Below, piece after piece: positions 8,748 to 16,524 of a DNA stretch of 24,000 nucleotides (position 1 is the stretch's first letter; every line of letters starts with the position of its first letter). Where the stretch lies: contig CAUSAK010000018.1 of the NCBI GenBank assembly GCA_963529535.1, forward strand, positions 7,437-31,436. The letters run 5' to 3'. Below the pieces are notes generated by a model. It did no database searches. It had not been told where the DNA came from and saw only the letters and a list, made by a program, of their open reading frames with translations. The stretch is from an uncultured Granulicatella sp. GTDB taxonomy: Bacteria > Bacillota > Bacilli > Lactobacillales > Aerococcaceae. The position numbers and the translations under genes are program-made.

Positions 8748-8789
8748 CATCCAGAAACCTATGTGATTTAAGGATTTTGGATGTTTTTT
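8748..8789 (+). terminator. Rho-independent terminator after the permease
   Basis: CATCCAGAAACCT (8748-8760) pairs with AGGATTTTGGATG (8771-8783), with one mismatch and one G-U. TTTTTT follows at 8784-8789. Confidence 0.65.
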
Positions 8790-8811
8790 CTTTGATGAGA
8801 TAGTTAGTATG

Positions 8812-8828
8812 TGTAAAAAATGTGTAAA
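8812..8828 (+). promoter_or_regulatory. Direct repeat TGTAAA-N5-TGTAAA (WalR/VicR-consensus-like response-regulator box) upstream of mvaS
   Basis: ATGTGTAAA occurs at 8809-8817 and 8820-8828, an 11-nt period. The embedded hexamers match TGTWAH-N5-TGTWAH exactly. A third TGTAAATT lies at 8841-8848, next to a possible promoter: TTGCAA 8847-8852, 17 nt, TATTTT 8870-8875. Confidence 0.3.
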
Positions 8829-9061
8829 TTCCAATGCCACTGTAAATTGCAATATTAAGTGAGGAGCATTATTTTCTAATGAACTCTAAAGATATGATAG
8901 AGTAGTGTTTTATAAATTTAATTTAACAATTCACAAAAGGTAAAGATTTGTTAAAATTATGTCTTTCAGTATGGATAATCGTTGTAGCTTTGGTCATTTT
9001 TTGCTACTATGGTACGTGCAGACTATTAGGATAGATACTTATTAGATTAAGGGAGTTAGAA

Positions 9062-10222
9062 ATGAATATCGGAATTGATAAAATTGGATTTTATACACCA
9101 CCATTTGCCTTATCCATGGAGGATTTAGCAGTAGAACGTGGAGTAGAGCCAGCAAAATATACAGTAGGAATTGGACAAAGCACCATGGCAGTAGCTCCAG
9201 TAACTCAAGATATTGTCACAATGGGTGCAAATGCAGCGATGGGAATTTTAGATGAAGCAGATAAAGAAGCCATTGACATGATTCTTGTAGGAACAGAAAC
9301 TGGGATGGATCAATCAAAATCTGCAGCAGTCTATATTCAAAGATTATTAGGATTATCGAATCGAGTTCGTAGTGTGGAATTAAAACATGCGTGCTATGGA
9401 GCAACAGCAGCATTGCAATTAGCAAAAGGGCATATCGCTTTGAATCCAGAATCAAAAGTATTAGTCATTGCAAGTGATATTGCAAAATACGGCTTGAAAA
9501 GTGGTGGGGAACCAACACAAGGTGCAGGGGCAGTGGCAATGATTGTTTCGGCTGAACCTCGTTTACTTCGTTTAGTAGATGAAACTAGCTTATTTACAGA
9601 TGATGTAATGGATTTTTGGCGTCCGAATTATGAAGCCTATCCAATGGTAGATGGAAAATTCTCGAATGAACAATACATTCGTTTCTTTGCAGAAGTTTGG
9701 AATGATTATGCAACACAAACTGGAGTTACTTTTGCAGATTTAGAAGCGATTTGCTTCCATTTACCATATACGAAAATGGGATTAAAAGCATTTAAACCAT
9801 TTTTAGAAGCATTACCAGAAGAAGAACAGGAACGATTAACAATTCGTTATCAAGAAAGTACAGCATATAATCGTCATGTTGGAAATATTTATACAGGATC
9901 GTTATTTTTAAGTTTTATTTCTTTAATTGAAACAAGTTCTGTATTAGTTGCAGGAGACCGTATTGGATTCTTTAGTTATGGATCAGGAGCAGTTGGGGAA
10001 TTTTTTATTGGAGAATTAGTAGAAGGTTTTGAAAAACAATTACGAGTAGAAGCTCACCAACAATTATTAGAGAATCGTAAACAAGTAACTGTTGCAGAAT
10101 ACGAAGCATTATTTAGTCAAATGGTAGATGAAAGTGGCGAACAAACTTTCCAAGTGGAAGATAAAAGTCCATTTATTCTTTCAGGAGTTCACCAACATCA
10201 AAGACAATATCAAAAACAATAA
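9062..10222 (+). CDS. mvaS: Hydroxymethylglutaryl-CoA synthase (mevalonate pathway)
   Basis: 386 aa with strong family resemblance: MNIGIDKIGFYTPP start, catalytic Cys context ELKHACYGATAAL, and FHLPYTKMG and YTGSLFLS motifs. GGGAG RBS lies upstream. Confidence 0.95.
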   Translation: MNIGIDKIGFYTPPFALSMEDLAVERGVEPAKYTVGIGQSTMAVAPVTQDIVTMGANAAMGILDEADKEAIDMILVGTETGMDQSKSAAVYIQRLLGLSNRVRSVELKHACYGATAALQLAKGHIALNPESKVLVIASDIAKYGLKSGGEPTQGAGAVAMIVSAEPRLLRLVDETSLFTDDVMDFWRPNYEAYPMVDGKFSNEQYIRFFAEVWNDYATQTGVTFADLEAICFHLPYTKMGLKAFKPFLEALPEEEQERLTIRYQESTAYNRHVGNIYTGSLFLSFISLIETSSVLVAGDRIGFFSYGSGAVGEFFIGELVEGFEKQLRVEAHQQLLENRKQVTVAEYEALFSQMVDESGEQTFQVEDKSPFILSGVHQHQRQYQKQ

Positions 10223-10232
10223 TTTGTACGTG

Positions 10233-10268
10233 AAAGGACTTGACTTCAATCAAGTCTTTTCTTTTTTT
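10233..10268 (+). terminator. Rho-independent terminator after mvaS
   Basis: AAAGGACTTGA (10233-10243) pairs with TCAAGTCTTTT (10250-10260), with a 6-nt loop CTTCAA. A T-rich run follows to 10268. Confidence 0.75.
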
Positions 10269-10347
10269 ACAGTCTAGATTATGGTAGACTAAGATTATAT
10301 GAAAAATGTAATAAGAGATTTTGCATGAAAGATAAGGAGGTTGGAGT

Positions 10348-11316
10348 ATGGCAAAAATTTTAATCATTAATACAGGTGGAACCATCGCAATGAGTGAAGA
10401 CCATTCTACCGGAAAAGTATCTCCTAATGGAGAAAATCCATTATTATCCAGTGCACATTTATTTCATTTAATCGGAGATATTCATACAGAAGATTTATTT
10501 AATTTACCTTCTCCTCATATGCAAGAATCTCATATGATGCAATTAAGACAAAGAATTTTAACAGCTGTTGAAGAGGACTATACAGGAGTTGTGGTCACTC
10601 ATGGAACAGATACTTTAGAAGAAACAGCGTATTTTCTAGAATTAACAACGAATGTATCCATTCCAATTGTAGTGACTGGAGCAATGAGATCGAGTAATGA
10701 GATTGGAGCAGACGGCTTAGCGAATTTACGGAGTTCTTTAATTGTAGCAGCTTCTCCAGAATCGAAGGATAAAGGAGTTGTAGTTGTCATGAATGATGAA
10801 GTTCATACAGCTACTTATGTGACAAAAACTCATACTACAAATGTCGCAACTTTCCAAACACCAACTTTTGGACCTCTTGGATTAGTTTCTAAAAGTGAAG
10901 TGATTTATTTCCAACGTTTATTAAAACAAGAATACTATCCAATCGAAGAAGTTCAAACGGGCGTATACTTATTAAAAGCTTATGCAGGAATGGATGGACT
11001 ATTACTCGATGCGATTTGTGAGCATCATGCAAAAGGTGTCGTAATTGAAGCGCTCGGAGCAGGAAATTTACCACCAGCAACATTACCAGCCTTACAAAGA
11101 TGTTTAGAAGCAGGGATTCCTATTGTATTAGTCTCAAGAGCCTTTAATGGTGTCACGTATGATGTGTATGACTATTTAGGAGGAGGGAAGCAATTAAGAC
11201 AGTCTGGTGTCATTTTTACAACAGGATTAAGTGGGCAAAAAGCTCGTATGAAACTAAGTGTTTTATTAAGTTCAGGGAAATCATTAGGAGAAATTGAAAA
11301 AGCATTTGCATGCTAG
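10348..11316 (+). CDS. ansA: L-asparaginase, type I (cytoplasmic)
   Basis: 322 aa. ILIINTGGTIAM carries the nucleophile Thr motif, and VTHGTDTLEETAYFL is the second conserved Thr motif. TAAGGAGG RBS present. Confidence 0.9.
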   Translation: MAKILIINTGGTIAMSEDHSTGKVSPNGENPLLSSAHLFHLIGDIHTEDLFNLPSPHMQESHMMQLRQRILTAVEEDYTGVVVTHGTDTLEETAYFLELTTNVSIPIVVTGAMRSSNEIGADGLANLRSSLIVAASPESKDKGVVVVMNDEVHTATYVTKTHTTNVATFQTPTFGPLGLVSKSEVIYFQRLLKQEYYPIEEVQTGVYLLKAYAGMDGLLLDAICEHHAKGVVIEALGAGNLPPATLPALQRCLEAGIPIVLVSRAFNGVTYDVYDYLGGGKQLRQSGVIFTTGLSGQKARMKLSVLLSSGKSLGEIEKAFAC

Positions 11317-11331
11317 AAAGAAGGATTAGAG

Positions 11332-12459
11332 ATGGTAACAAAAATCGGAAGACGTATTCGTGAATATGAAGGGAAACCAATTATTTATGGATATCCATAT
11401 GAAGATTTAGTCGCATGGTTTGAAGAACATGGAGAGAAAAAATTCAGAGCAGGACAATTATGGGACTGGTTATATCGCAAACGTGTAACAAGTTTTGAAG
11501 AAATGACAAACTTATCAAAAGATTTAATTGCAAAATTAAATGAAACTTTTACATTCCCAGTATTAAATGAAAAAATTAAGCAACAATCAACAGATGGTAC
11601 TCGTAAGTTCTTATTTGAATTGGCTGACGGCTTATTAATTGAAACAGTATTAATGCCACAAGAGTATGGTTTATCGATTTGTGTCACAACACAAGTAGGA
11701 TGTAATATCGGTTGTACTTTCTGTGCCAGCGGTATTATTGCGAAACAACGTGACTTAGTCGCTGGAGAAATTGTAGCTCAAGTAATGCACGTACAACGTA
11801 CATTAGATGAGGTAGCTTCTGGAGACCGTGTGAGTCATATCGTAGTAATGGGAATTGGGGAACCATTTGATAACTATGAGAATGTCATTAAGTTCTTAAA
11901 AGTAGTAAATTCAGATGCAGGTTTAGCGATTGGCGCACGTCATATTACGGTATCTACAAGTGGACTTGCTCCGAAGATTTTAGATTTTGCTAAAGAAGGG
12001 TTGCAAGTTAACTTAGCGTTATCGCTACATGCTCCAGATAATGATACTCGTTCTAAAATTATGTGTATTAACCGTAAATACCCAATCGAAGTAGTAATGG
12101 AAGCCATTAATGAATATATTCGTACAACCAATCGTCGTGTGACGTTTGAATATATTATGTTGGACCATGTCAATGATTCTGTCGAGCAAGCACAACAATT
12201 GGCGGATTTATTAGCAGATAAGAAACGTTTATCGTATGTTAACTTGATTCCGTATAATAAAGTTCGTGAGCATGATCAATATGAACGTAGTAGTAAGGAT
12301 CGTGTAGTGGCTTTCTATGATGTATTGAAGAAAAATCATATTAACTGTGTGGTTCGTAAAGAATTCGGTCATGATATTGAAGCGGCGTGTGGTCAATTAC
12401 GTTCAAGCCAAATGAAACGTGACCGTGACAGAAAACGTAAGACGGAAGAAGATAGATAA
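11332..12459 (+). CDS. rlmN: 23S rRNA (adenine2503-C2)/tRNA methyltransferase RlmN (radical SAM)
   Basis: 375 aa. N-terminal [11 protein letters not shown], radical-SAM cluster motif [13 protein letters not shown], and the C-terminal catalytic Cys context EAACGQL. Lies 15 nt after ansA, so it is probably co-transcribed. Confidence 0.95.
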   Translation: MVTKIGRRIREYEGKPIIYGYPYEDLVAWFEEHGEKKFRAGQLWDWLYRKRVTSFEEMTNLSKDLIAKLNETFTFPVLNEKIKQQSTDGTRKFLFELADGLLIETVLMPQEYGLSICVTTQVGCNIGCTFCASGIIAKQRDLVAGEIVAQVMHVQRTLDEVASGDRVSHIVVMGIGEPFDNYENVIKFLKVVNSDAGLAIGARHITVSTSGLAPKILDFAKEGLQVNLALSLHAPDNDTRSKIMCINRKYPIEVVMEAINEYIRTTNRRVTFEYIMLDHVNDSVEQAQQLADLLADKKRLSYVNLIPYNKVREHDQYERSSKDRVVAFYDVLKKNHINCVVRKEFGHDIEAACGQLRSSQMKRDRDRKRKTEEDR

Positions 12460-12478
12460 GATATATAAGTAGAAGAAT

Positions 12479-12622
12479 AGACTTCCATTTTATAGTAGCA
12501 AAGGACGGCAGCAAACCTTCGGTTTCATGCCTAAACTTCGAGCCTGGGTCTCGAAGTTTCCAGTAATATCAGCCAATTGTGGCTGATATTACTAATGCTA
12601 CTATGGGAAGTCTTACTTTTTT
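12479..12622 (+). other. Structured intergenic element: four-helix junction plus U-tract. Candidate ncRNA, complex rlmN terminator, or MITE-like repeat.
   Basis: The outer stem pairs 12479-12500 (AGACTTCC...ATAGTAGCA) with 12596-13 (TGCTACTAT.GGGAAGTCT): 17 bp around a small internal loop. It encloses three hairpins: 12507-12531 (GGCA..AAACC-TTC-GGTTT..TGCC), 12533-12559 (AAACTTCGAG / CTCGAAGTTT, 10 bp perfect) and 12562-12593 (AGTAATATCAGCC / GGCTGATATTACT, 13 bp perfect). TTTTTT follows at 12617-12622. No credible ORF on either strand. Confidence 0.5.
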
Positions 12623-12771
12623 GAATGGTACTAATTAGAGTACGTCTCCTGTGAATAGTAGTAAAATGATGCAAATAACTTCGCTAATGTAAGTTTTATG
12701 GATACTACTTCTATTATGGGAAGTTTTTCGTTTATGTTTTGATGAATAAATCACTAAAAAAATCACTCATT

Positions 12772-12807
12772 CACCCTCATCTTTAAAGTAGAGATGAGGG
12801 TGTTTTT
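12772..12807 (+). terminator. Orphan rho-independent terminator; left copy of the direct repeat that brackets the PTS island
   Basis: CACCCTCATCT (12772-12782) pairs with AGATGAGGGTG (12792-12802): 11 bp perfect, 9-nt loop, then TTTTT. No CDS ends immediately upstream. 35 of 39 nt are identical to 20101-20140. Confidence 0.7.
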
Positions 12808-12821
12808 ATAGATTCGTCTAC

Positions 12822-12881
12822 TTTTTTCCATATCATATAGAAAAAAATTAACTGTTTTACGAGAAAGCGCTGTCGTATAAT
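12822..12881 (+). promoter_or_regulatory. Candidate promoter region of the PTS/peptidase unit: perfect -10, weak -35, cre-like box, upstream AT-rich inverted repeat
   Basis: TATAAT at 12876-12881 with no good -35, which fits activator dependence. AGAAAGCGCTGTCG (12862-12875) matches the core of the CcpA cre consensus WTGNAANCGNWNNCW at G3, A5, A6, C8, G9, W11 and C14, but mismatches at the three outer positions. Inverted repeat TTTTTTCCATAT-C-ATATAGAAAAAA (12822-12846) is centred about 45 nt upstream of the -10. Confidence 0.35.
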
Positions 12882-12924
12882 AAAGATACCATCTGATGAG
12901 AATAACTGGAGTTAGGAGGGAACG

Positions 12925-14775
12925 ATGAGAAAAAGAGAATTAGTAAAAATTTTAGAAAAAGAAGATTTTGTTTCATTAGAACAATTAGCCAGTAAATTAA
13001 CAGTTTCTACTAGAACCATTCGAGAAGATATTAAAACTATCAATCAAGAATCTTTATCTTTTTATATTAATCGTTCAAAAACTAGAGGTTATTACTTAGT
13101 AATTGAAGATATGGATCAATATAGAATGACGTTAGAGGAATGGTCAAAGGAACGTTTTGAAGGTAAAAATAGTAGGATCCATTCGATTATTGTTTTTTTA
13201 TTATTGAATAATAACTTTGTTACTAATAAACAATTAGCAGAGATTTTCTCGATTAGTATTGGACAGGTGAAAAAAGATACTATAAAAATAGCAGAGCAAT
13301 TAGCAAGTGAAGGATTATTCTTAGAAAGAAAATCACATTATGGGGTAAAAATTACTGGAAATTTATATGACAAATTCAAACTTTTGGAAAAATATTCTAA
13401 AGATTTGCAATCTTATATTGTTGAAAAAATAGAGGAAATTATTACCCCAAAAATTGAATCAGAAATAACACAGTGTACAGTGCTGATTTGTCAAGCATAT
13501 CAATTAAAAATAGATGGAGAAATAGCTAAGTTAATTCAAAGATGGTTAGAGATAATTTTAATCTATTATCAAGAAAATAGTTTATCTTTAGAAAAGTTGG
13601 ATATGGAAGAAATTATTGTTATAAGGAATATTTTAAATAAATTTGAATTGATTAAACACTGTGATTCATATTCTTATCTTTTATATCAATTGTTGTTAGA
13701 CTATCAATCTGATAGATTATTTCAACAAACAGAGTTGAAAACGTTTTTATATATTTTGTATAAAGAAGTGGATGATAAGTTTAATACGAATTTTGTGAAT
13801 GATATTGATTTTATGCGAATGATTCAGTTGCATATAGCGTTTATGTTAGAGAGAAAACAAGTGAATGATTTCCAGGATAATTTTATTATCAAAACTATGG
13901 AAAGAGAATTTCCGGCAATAATGAATGCTGCAATTCTTGTTGTTAAAAGAATTGAAAGTAAGTATCAGGTTGTTATTAATCAGGAAGAAATAGGTTACTT
14001 AACTTCTCATATGGCGGTTTCTTATGAAAAACAAAATGAAAGAAGAAATAGAAAATATTACAGAATTGGATTGGTTTGTAGTTCAGGAGGAGGAATTGCA
14101 CAATTAATGTCTTTAAAATTCACTAGAATTTTTCCAAATTCTGAAATAAAAAGTTTCACCATTTACCAAAAAGGAGAAATCACGGAATTTAATCCAACAT
14201 TATTATTTTCTATTACACCATTAGATTTAAATATTAATTGTCCAGTCATTCAAATTGGAGAAATATTAGGAGAACTAGATTACTTTAGCATTCAAAATAA
14301 TCTTGAATTATTAACTGAACTAGGAACATTAGTAGATAGTAACGAAAAGTTTATAGATATGATATCTTCAGAGTATTTTTCAATTAATGATTTTGAAGAT
14401 TATGAACAATTATTGCATCATGTAGCTGGAAAAATAGAAAGTAACATGAATATTCGAGGGTATGAAAATTCTATTTTAGAAAGAGAAAATTATGTATCCA
14501 CAGTCTATGAAAATGGAATTGCTATCCCCCACCCAATGAATATGAATAGTTCAGAAAATATTATCAGTGTAACATTGTTGCCAAAACCAATACTTTATAA
14601 GCAAAAGAAAATTAAAGTAGTATTCATGTTAGCTTTAAAATCAGGGCAAGTAGAGTTACATCAATATTTATCGAAAAAATTGTATGGACTAATGCAACAT
14701 AGATCATTAGTGAGTGAGTTGTCAAAATGTCAAAATTTTCAAGAGTTTATAAAATTAATAAAGATATATCTTTAA
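12925..14775 (+). CDS. PRD-domain transcriptional activator of the MtlR/LicR/ManR type (HTH - PRD - EIIB-like - EIIA-like)
   Basis: 616 aa. N-terminal DeoR-like HTH (LSLEQLASKLTVSTRTIREDIKTIN), then a second wHTH (VTNKQLAEIFSISIGQVKKD). PRD histidines sit in IQLHIAFMLER and GYLTSHMAVS. EIIB(Gat)-like Cys is in RIGLVCSSGGGIAQLM. The C-terminal EIIA(Mtl/Fru)-like domain carries GIAIPHP. AGGAGGG RBS lies upstream. Confidence 0.85.
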   Translation: MRKRELVKILEKEDFVSLEQLASKLTVSTRTIREDIKTINQESLSFYINRSKTRGYYLVIEDMDQYRMTLEEWSKERFEGKNSRIHSIIVFLLLNNNFVTNKQLAEIFSISIGQVKKDTIKIAEQLASEGLFLERKSHYGVKITGNLYDKFKLLEKYSKDLQSYIVEKIEEIITPKIESEITQCTVLICQAYQLKIDGEIAKLIQRWLEIILIYYQENSLSLEKLDMEEIIVIRNILNKFELIKHCDSYSYLLYQLLLDYQSDRLFQQTELKTFLYILYKEVDDKFNTNFVNDIDFMRMIQLHIAFMLERKQVNDFQDNFIIKTMEREFPAIMNAAILVVKRIESKYQVVINQEEIGYLTSHMAVSYEKQNERRNRKYYRIGLVCSSGGGIAQLMSLKFTRIFPNSEIKSFTIYQKGEITEFNPTLLFSITPLDLNINCPVIQIGEILGELDYFSIQNNLELLTELGTLVDSNEKFIDMISSEYFSINDFEDYEQLLHHVAGKIESNMNIRGYENSILERENYVSTVYENGIAIPHPMNMNSSENIISVTLLPKPILYKQKKIKVVFMLALKSGQVELHQYLSKKLYGLMQHRSLVSELSKCQNFQEFIKLIKIYL

Positions 14776-14788
14776 AGGAGTGAGTTTA

Positions 14789-15829
14789 ATGGATGAACAA
14801 TTTTTGGGTAAACTTTCCAATGCAGATGCCTTGGCTGGTGATGAAGAGGAAGTGAGAGAACTTATTAGGAAAAGACTAGCTCATTTAGAATTAAGCGAGC
14901 AGGTAGATGGATTAGGCAGTATTATTTTTGGGAAAGTCAATGAAAAAAACACAAAAAGTGTTATGTTATGTGCTCACATGGATGAGGTTGGATTTTTGGT
15001 GAGAAGTGTAGATCCTTTTGGTTTACTTCATCTAATGAAGGTAGGGGGAGTACAAAATTATGGTCAATCTTATCAACATGTTAGAGTGACAACGAGGGAT
15101 AGAAAAAAAATACCAGGGATTACATTTGCAGCGTATAAAGATAATATTGTTGATTATGTATTTGCAGATGTTGGTGCTAATAGTCAAGAAGAAGTTGAAA
15201 AAATCGGGATTAGTATAGGAGATATGGTTACATTTTCAACGAACTTCCAAAAATATTCGGCGGAAAATATATATTCTGGAAAAGCAATGGATAATCGATT
15301 AGCTTGTTATATTTTATGTTCTTTAGCTGAAAAATTAGAAAATGTTTCTTTACCATATAATTTGTACTTTGCATTTACAAGTAGTGAAGAAGTGGGAATT
15401 AGAGGTGCTAAAACGGCTACTCAATTAATAAATCCAGATATTGTTTATGTAATTGATGTTGCTACTGCTTCAAATCAATTAAAACGAGATCATTCTAATA
15501 AACGACAAGTTGGAAAGGGACCTATGATTACTTTATTTGATAGAACTCTTTCGCCAAATCGAAAAATGGCAAATCATTTTAGAGATTTTGCATCGAATCA
15601 TAAAATTCCACTTCAAGAAGATATGTTTAATATGGGTGGAACGGATGGTGGAGAAGCTCATAAAGTGAATCAAGGGAAACCGACTTTGGTTACGATTGTT
15701 CCAGTACGATATGGGCATTCCACGACATCATTAGTTAGTTCGAGTGATGTAGATTTAATGGAAGAGCTTTATTATAGGTTATTAAAAAGCTTAACTGAAG
15801 AAATGATTGTTGAGTTTGAAAAATTTTAA
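14789..15829 (+). CDS. M42-family metallo-aminopeptidase (FrvX/YpdE/SgcX/PepA/CelM family)
   Basis: M42 metal-ligand motifs: CAHMDEVGF, GKAMDNRLA, TSSEEVGIRGA, VIDVA, GGTDGG. The ATG at 14789 is preferred because AAAGGAG (14774-14780) lies 8 nt upstream. It begins 14 nt after the regulator stop. Confidence 0.85.
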   Translation: MDEQFLGKLSNADALAGDEEEVRELIRKRLAHLELSEQVDGLGSIIFGKVNEKNTKSVMLCAHMDEVGFLVRSVDPFGLLHLMKVGGVQNYGQSYQHVRVTTRDRKKIPGITFAAYKDNIVDYVFADVGANSQEEVEKIGISIGDMVTFSTNFQKYSAENIYSGKAMDNRLACYILCSLAEKLENVSLPYNLYFAFTSSEEVGIRGAKTATQLINPDIVYVIDVATASNQLKRDHSNKRQVGKGPMITLFDRTLSPNRKMANHFRDFASNHKIPLQEDMFNMGGTDGGEAHKVNQGKPTLVTIVPVRYGHSTTSLVSSSDVDLMEELYYRLLKSLTEEMIVEFEKF

Positions 15830-15846
15830 GAAAGGATGTGAAATAA

Positions 15847-16155
15847 ATGAATGAACAGGAAATTATTCAAATTATAGCAAACTCTGGTGAAAGTAAAATG
15901 AAATCATTTGAAGCGTTAAAATGTGTGAAAAATAAAGATTTTAAAAAAGCAAGAGATCTTCTTAAAGAATCTAGATTGATTGATTTAGAGGCTCATAATG
16001 CACAAACTAAAATTATTGCTCAGGCATTAGACCCAGAAGCTAAAGATGCAGTTACGTTATTAATGGTTCATGCTCAAGATCATTATATGACTAGCCAACT
16101 TGCGAGAGATTTAATTGAAGCTTTAATAGATGTTTTTGAAGAAAAAGAGAAATAG
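15847..16155 (+). CDS. PTS lactose/cellobiose-family EIIA component
   Basis: 102 aa and all-helical. LacF/ChbA/CelC-type pattern: ANSGESKMKSFEAL...AHNAQTKII...LLMVHAQDHYMT, with the phosphorylatable His in VHAQDH. Confidence 0.85.
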   Translation: MNEQEIIQIIANSGESKMKSFEALKCVKNKDFKKARDLLKESRLIDLEAHNAQTKIIAQALDPEAKDAVTLLMVHAQDHYMTSQLARDLIEALIDVFEEKEK

Positions 16156-16170
16156 GAGGATTTGATTATT

Positions 16171-16509
16171 ATGAAAATTTTATTATGTTGTGCAGGTGGA
16201 TTTTCAACTAATATGTTGATGCAAAATATGAAGAAGGTTGTTAAACAAAGTGAAAAATTAAATGAAGAAGACTTTGATTTTACTGCAATCCCTGCAGATT
16301 CATTAGAAGGGATTGTGGAAAATTGGGATATTGTGTTAATAGGACCACAAATTGCCCATAAAATTGATTTTATTCATTCAGTTATTGATCCATTAGATAT
16401 TCCATGTGCAGTAATTGATAAAGATGTATATGGTCAAATGGATGGAGCGACAGTAATGAAATTAGCTTTAGTAACGTATAAAAAACATCAATTATCAAAA
16501 CAAAAATAA
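16171..16509 (+). CDS. PTS lactose/cellobiose-family EIIB component
   Basis: MKILLCCAGGFSTNML carries the active-site Cys loop of ChbB/CelA-type EIIB. The ATG at 16171 is preferred because AGGAGGA (16154-16160) lies 10 nt upstream. Confidence 0.85.
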   Translation: MKILLCCAGGFSTNMLMQNMKKVVKQSEKLNEEDFDFTAIPADSLEGIVENWDIVLIGPQIAHKIDFIHSVIDPLDIPCAVIDKDVYGQMDGATVMKLALVTYKKHQLSKQK

Positions 16510-16524
16510 AAAGGAGTGACTGTG

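Noticed and set aside
8959-9045. 28-codon ORF (MSFSMDNRCSFGHFLLLWYVQTIRIDTY) in the mvaS upstream region as a leader peptide or small protein.
   Set aside because: There is no Shine-Dalgarno at a usable distance, and it overlaps the better candidate mvaS promoter. Nothing in the composition suggests a regulatory leader.
12460-12924. Type I toxin-antitoxin or small hydrophobic peptide hidden in the structured intergenic region.
   Set aside because: The longest ATG-initiated ORFs on either strand are 19 codons or fewer, are not hydrophobic and lack RBSs.
487-15718. Short ORFs from the track that lie antisense to, or out of frame within, the large recognised genes: 487-708, 3448-3771, 3930-4133, 4760-5071, 6170-6361, 7162-7359, 7690-8103, 8389-8661, 9216-9455, 10173-10385, 10599-10790, 10889-11083, 11385-11687, 11940-12173, 15533-15718.
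   Set aside because: Each is fully or largely embedded in a CDS with clear family motifs on the other strand or frame. Their translations are low-complexity or Leu/Ile/Phe-rich, as expected from AT-rich antisense sequence. None has a convincing RBS.
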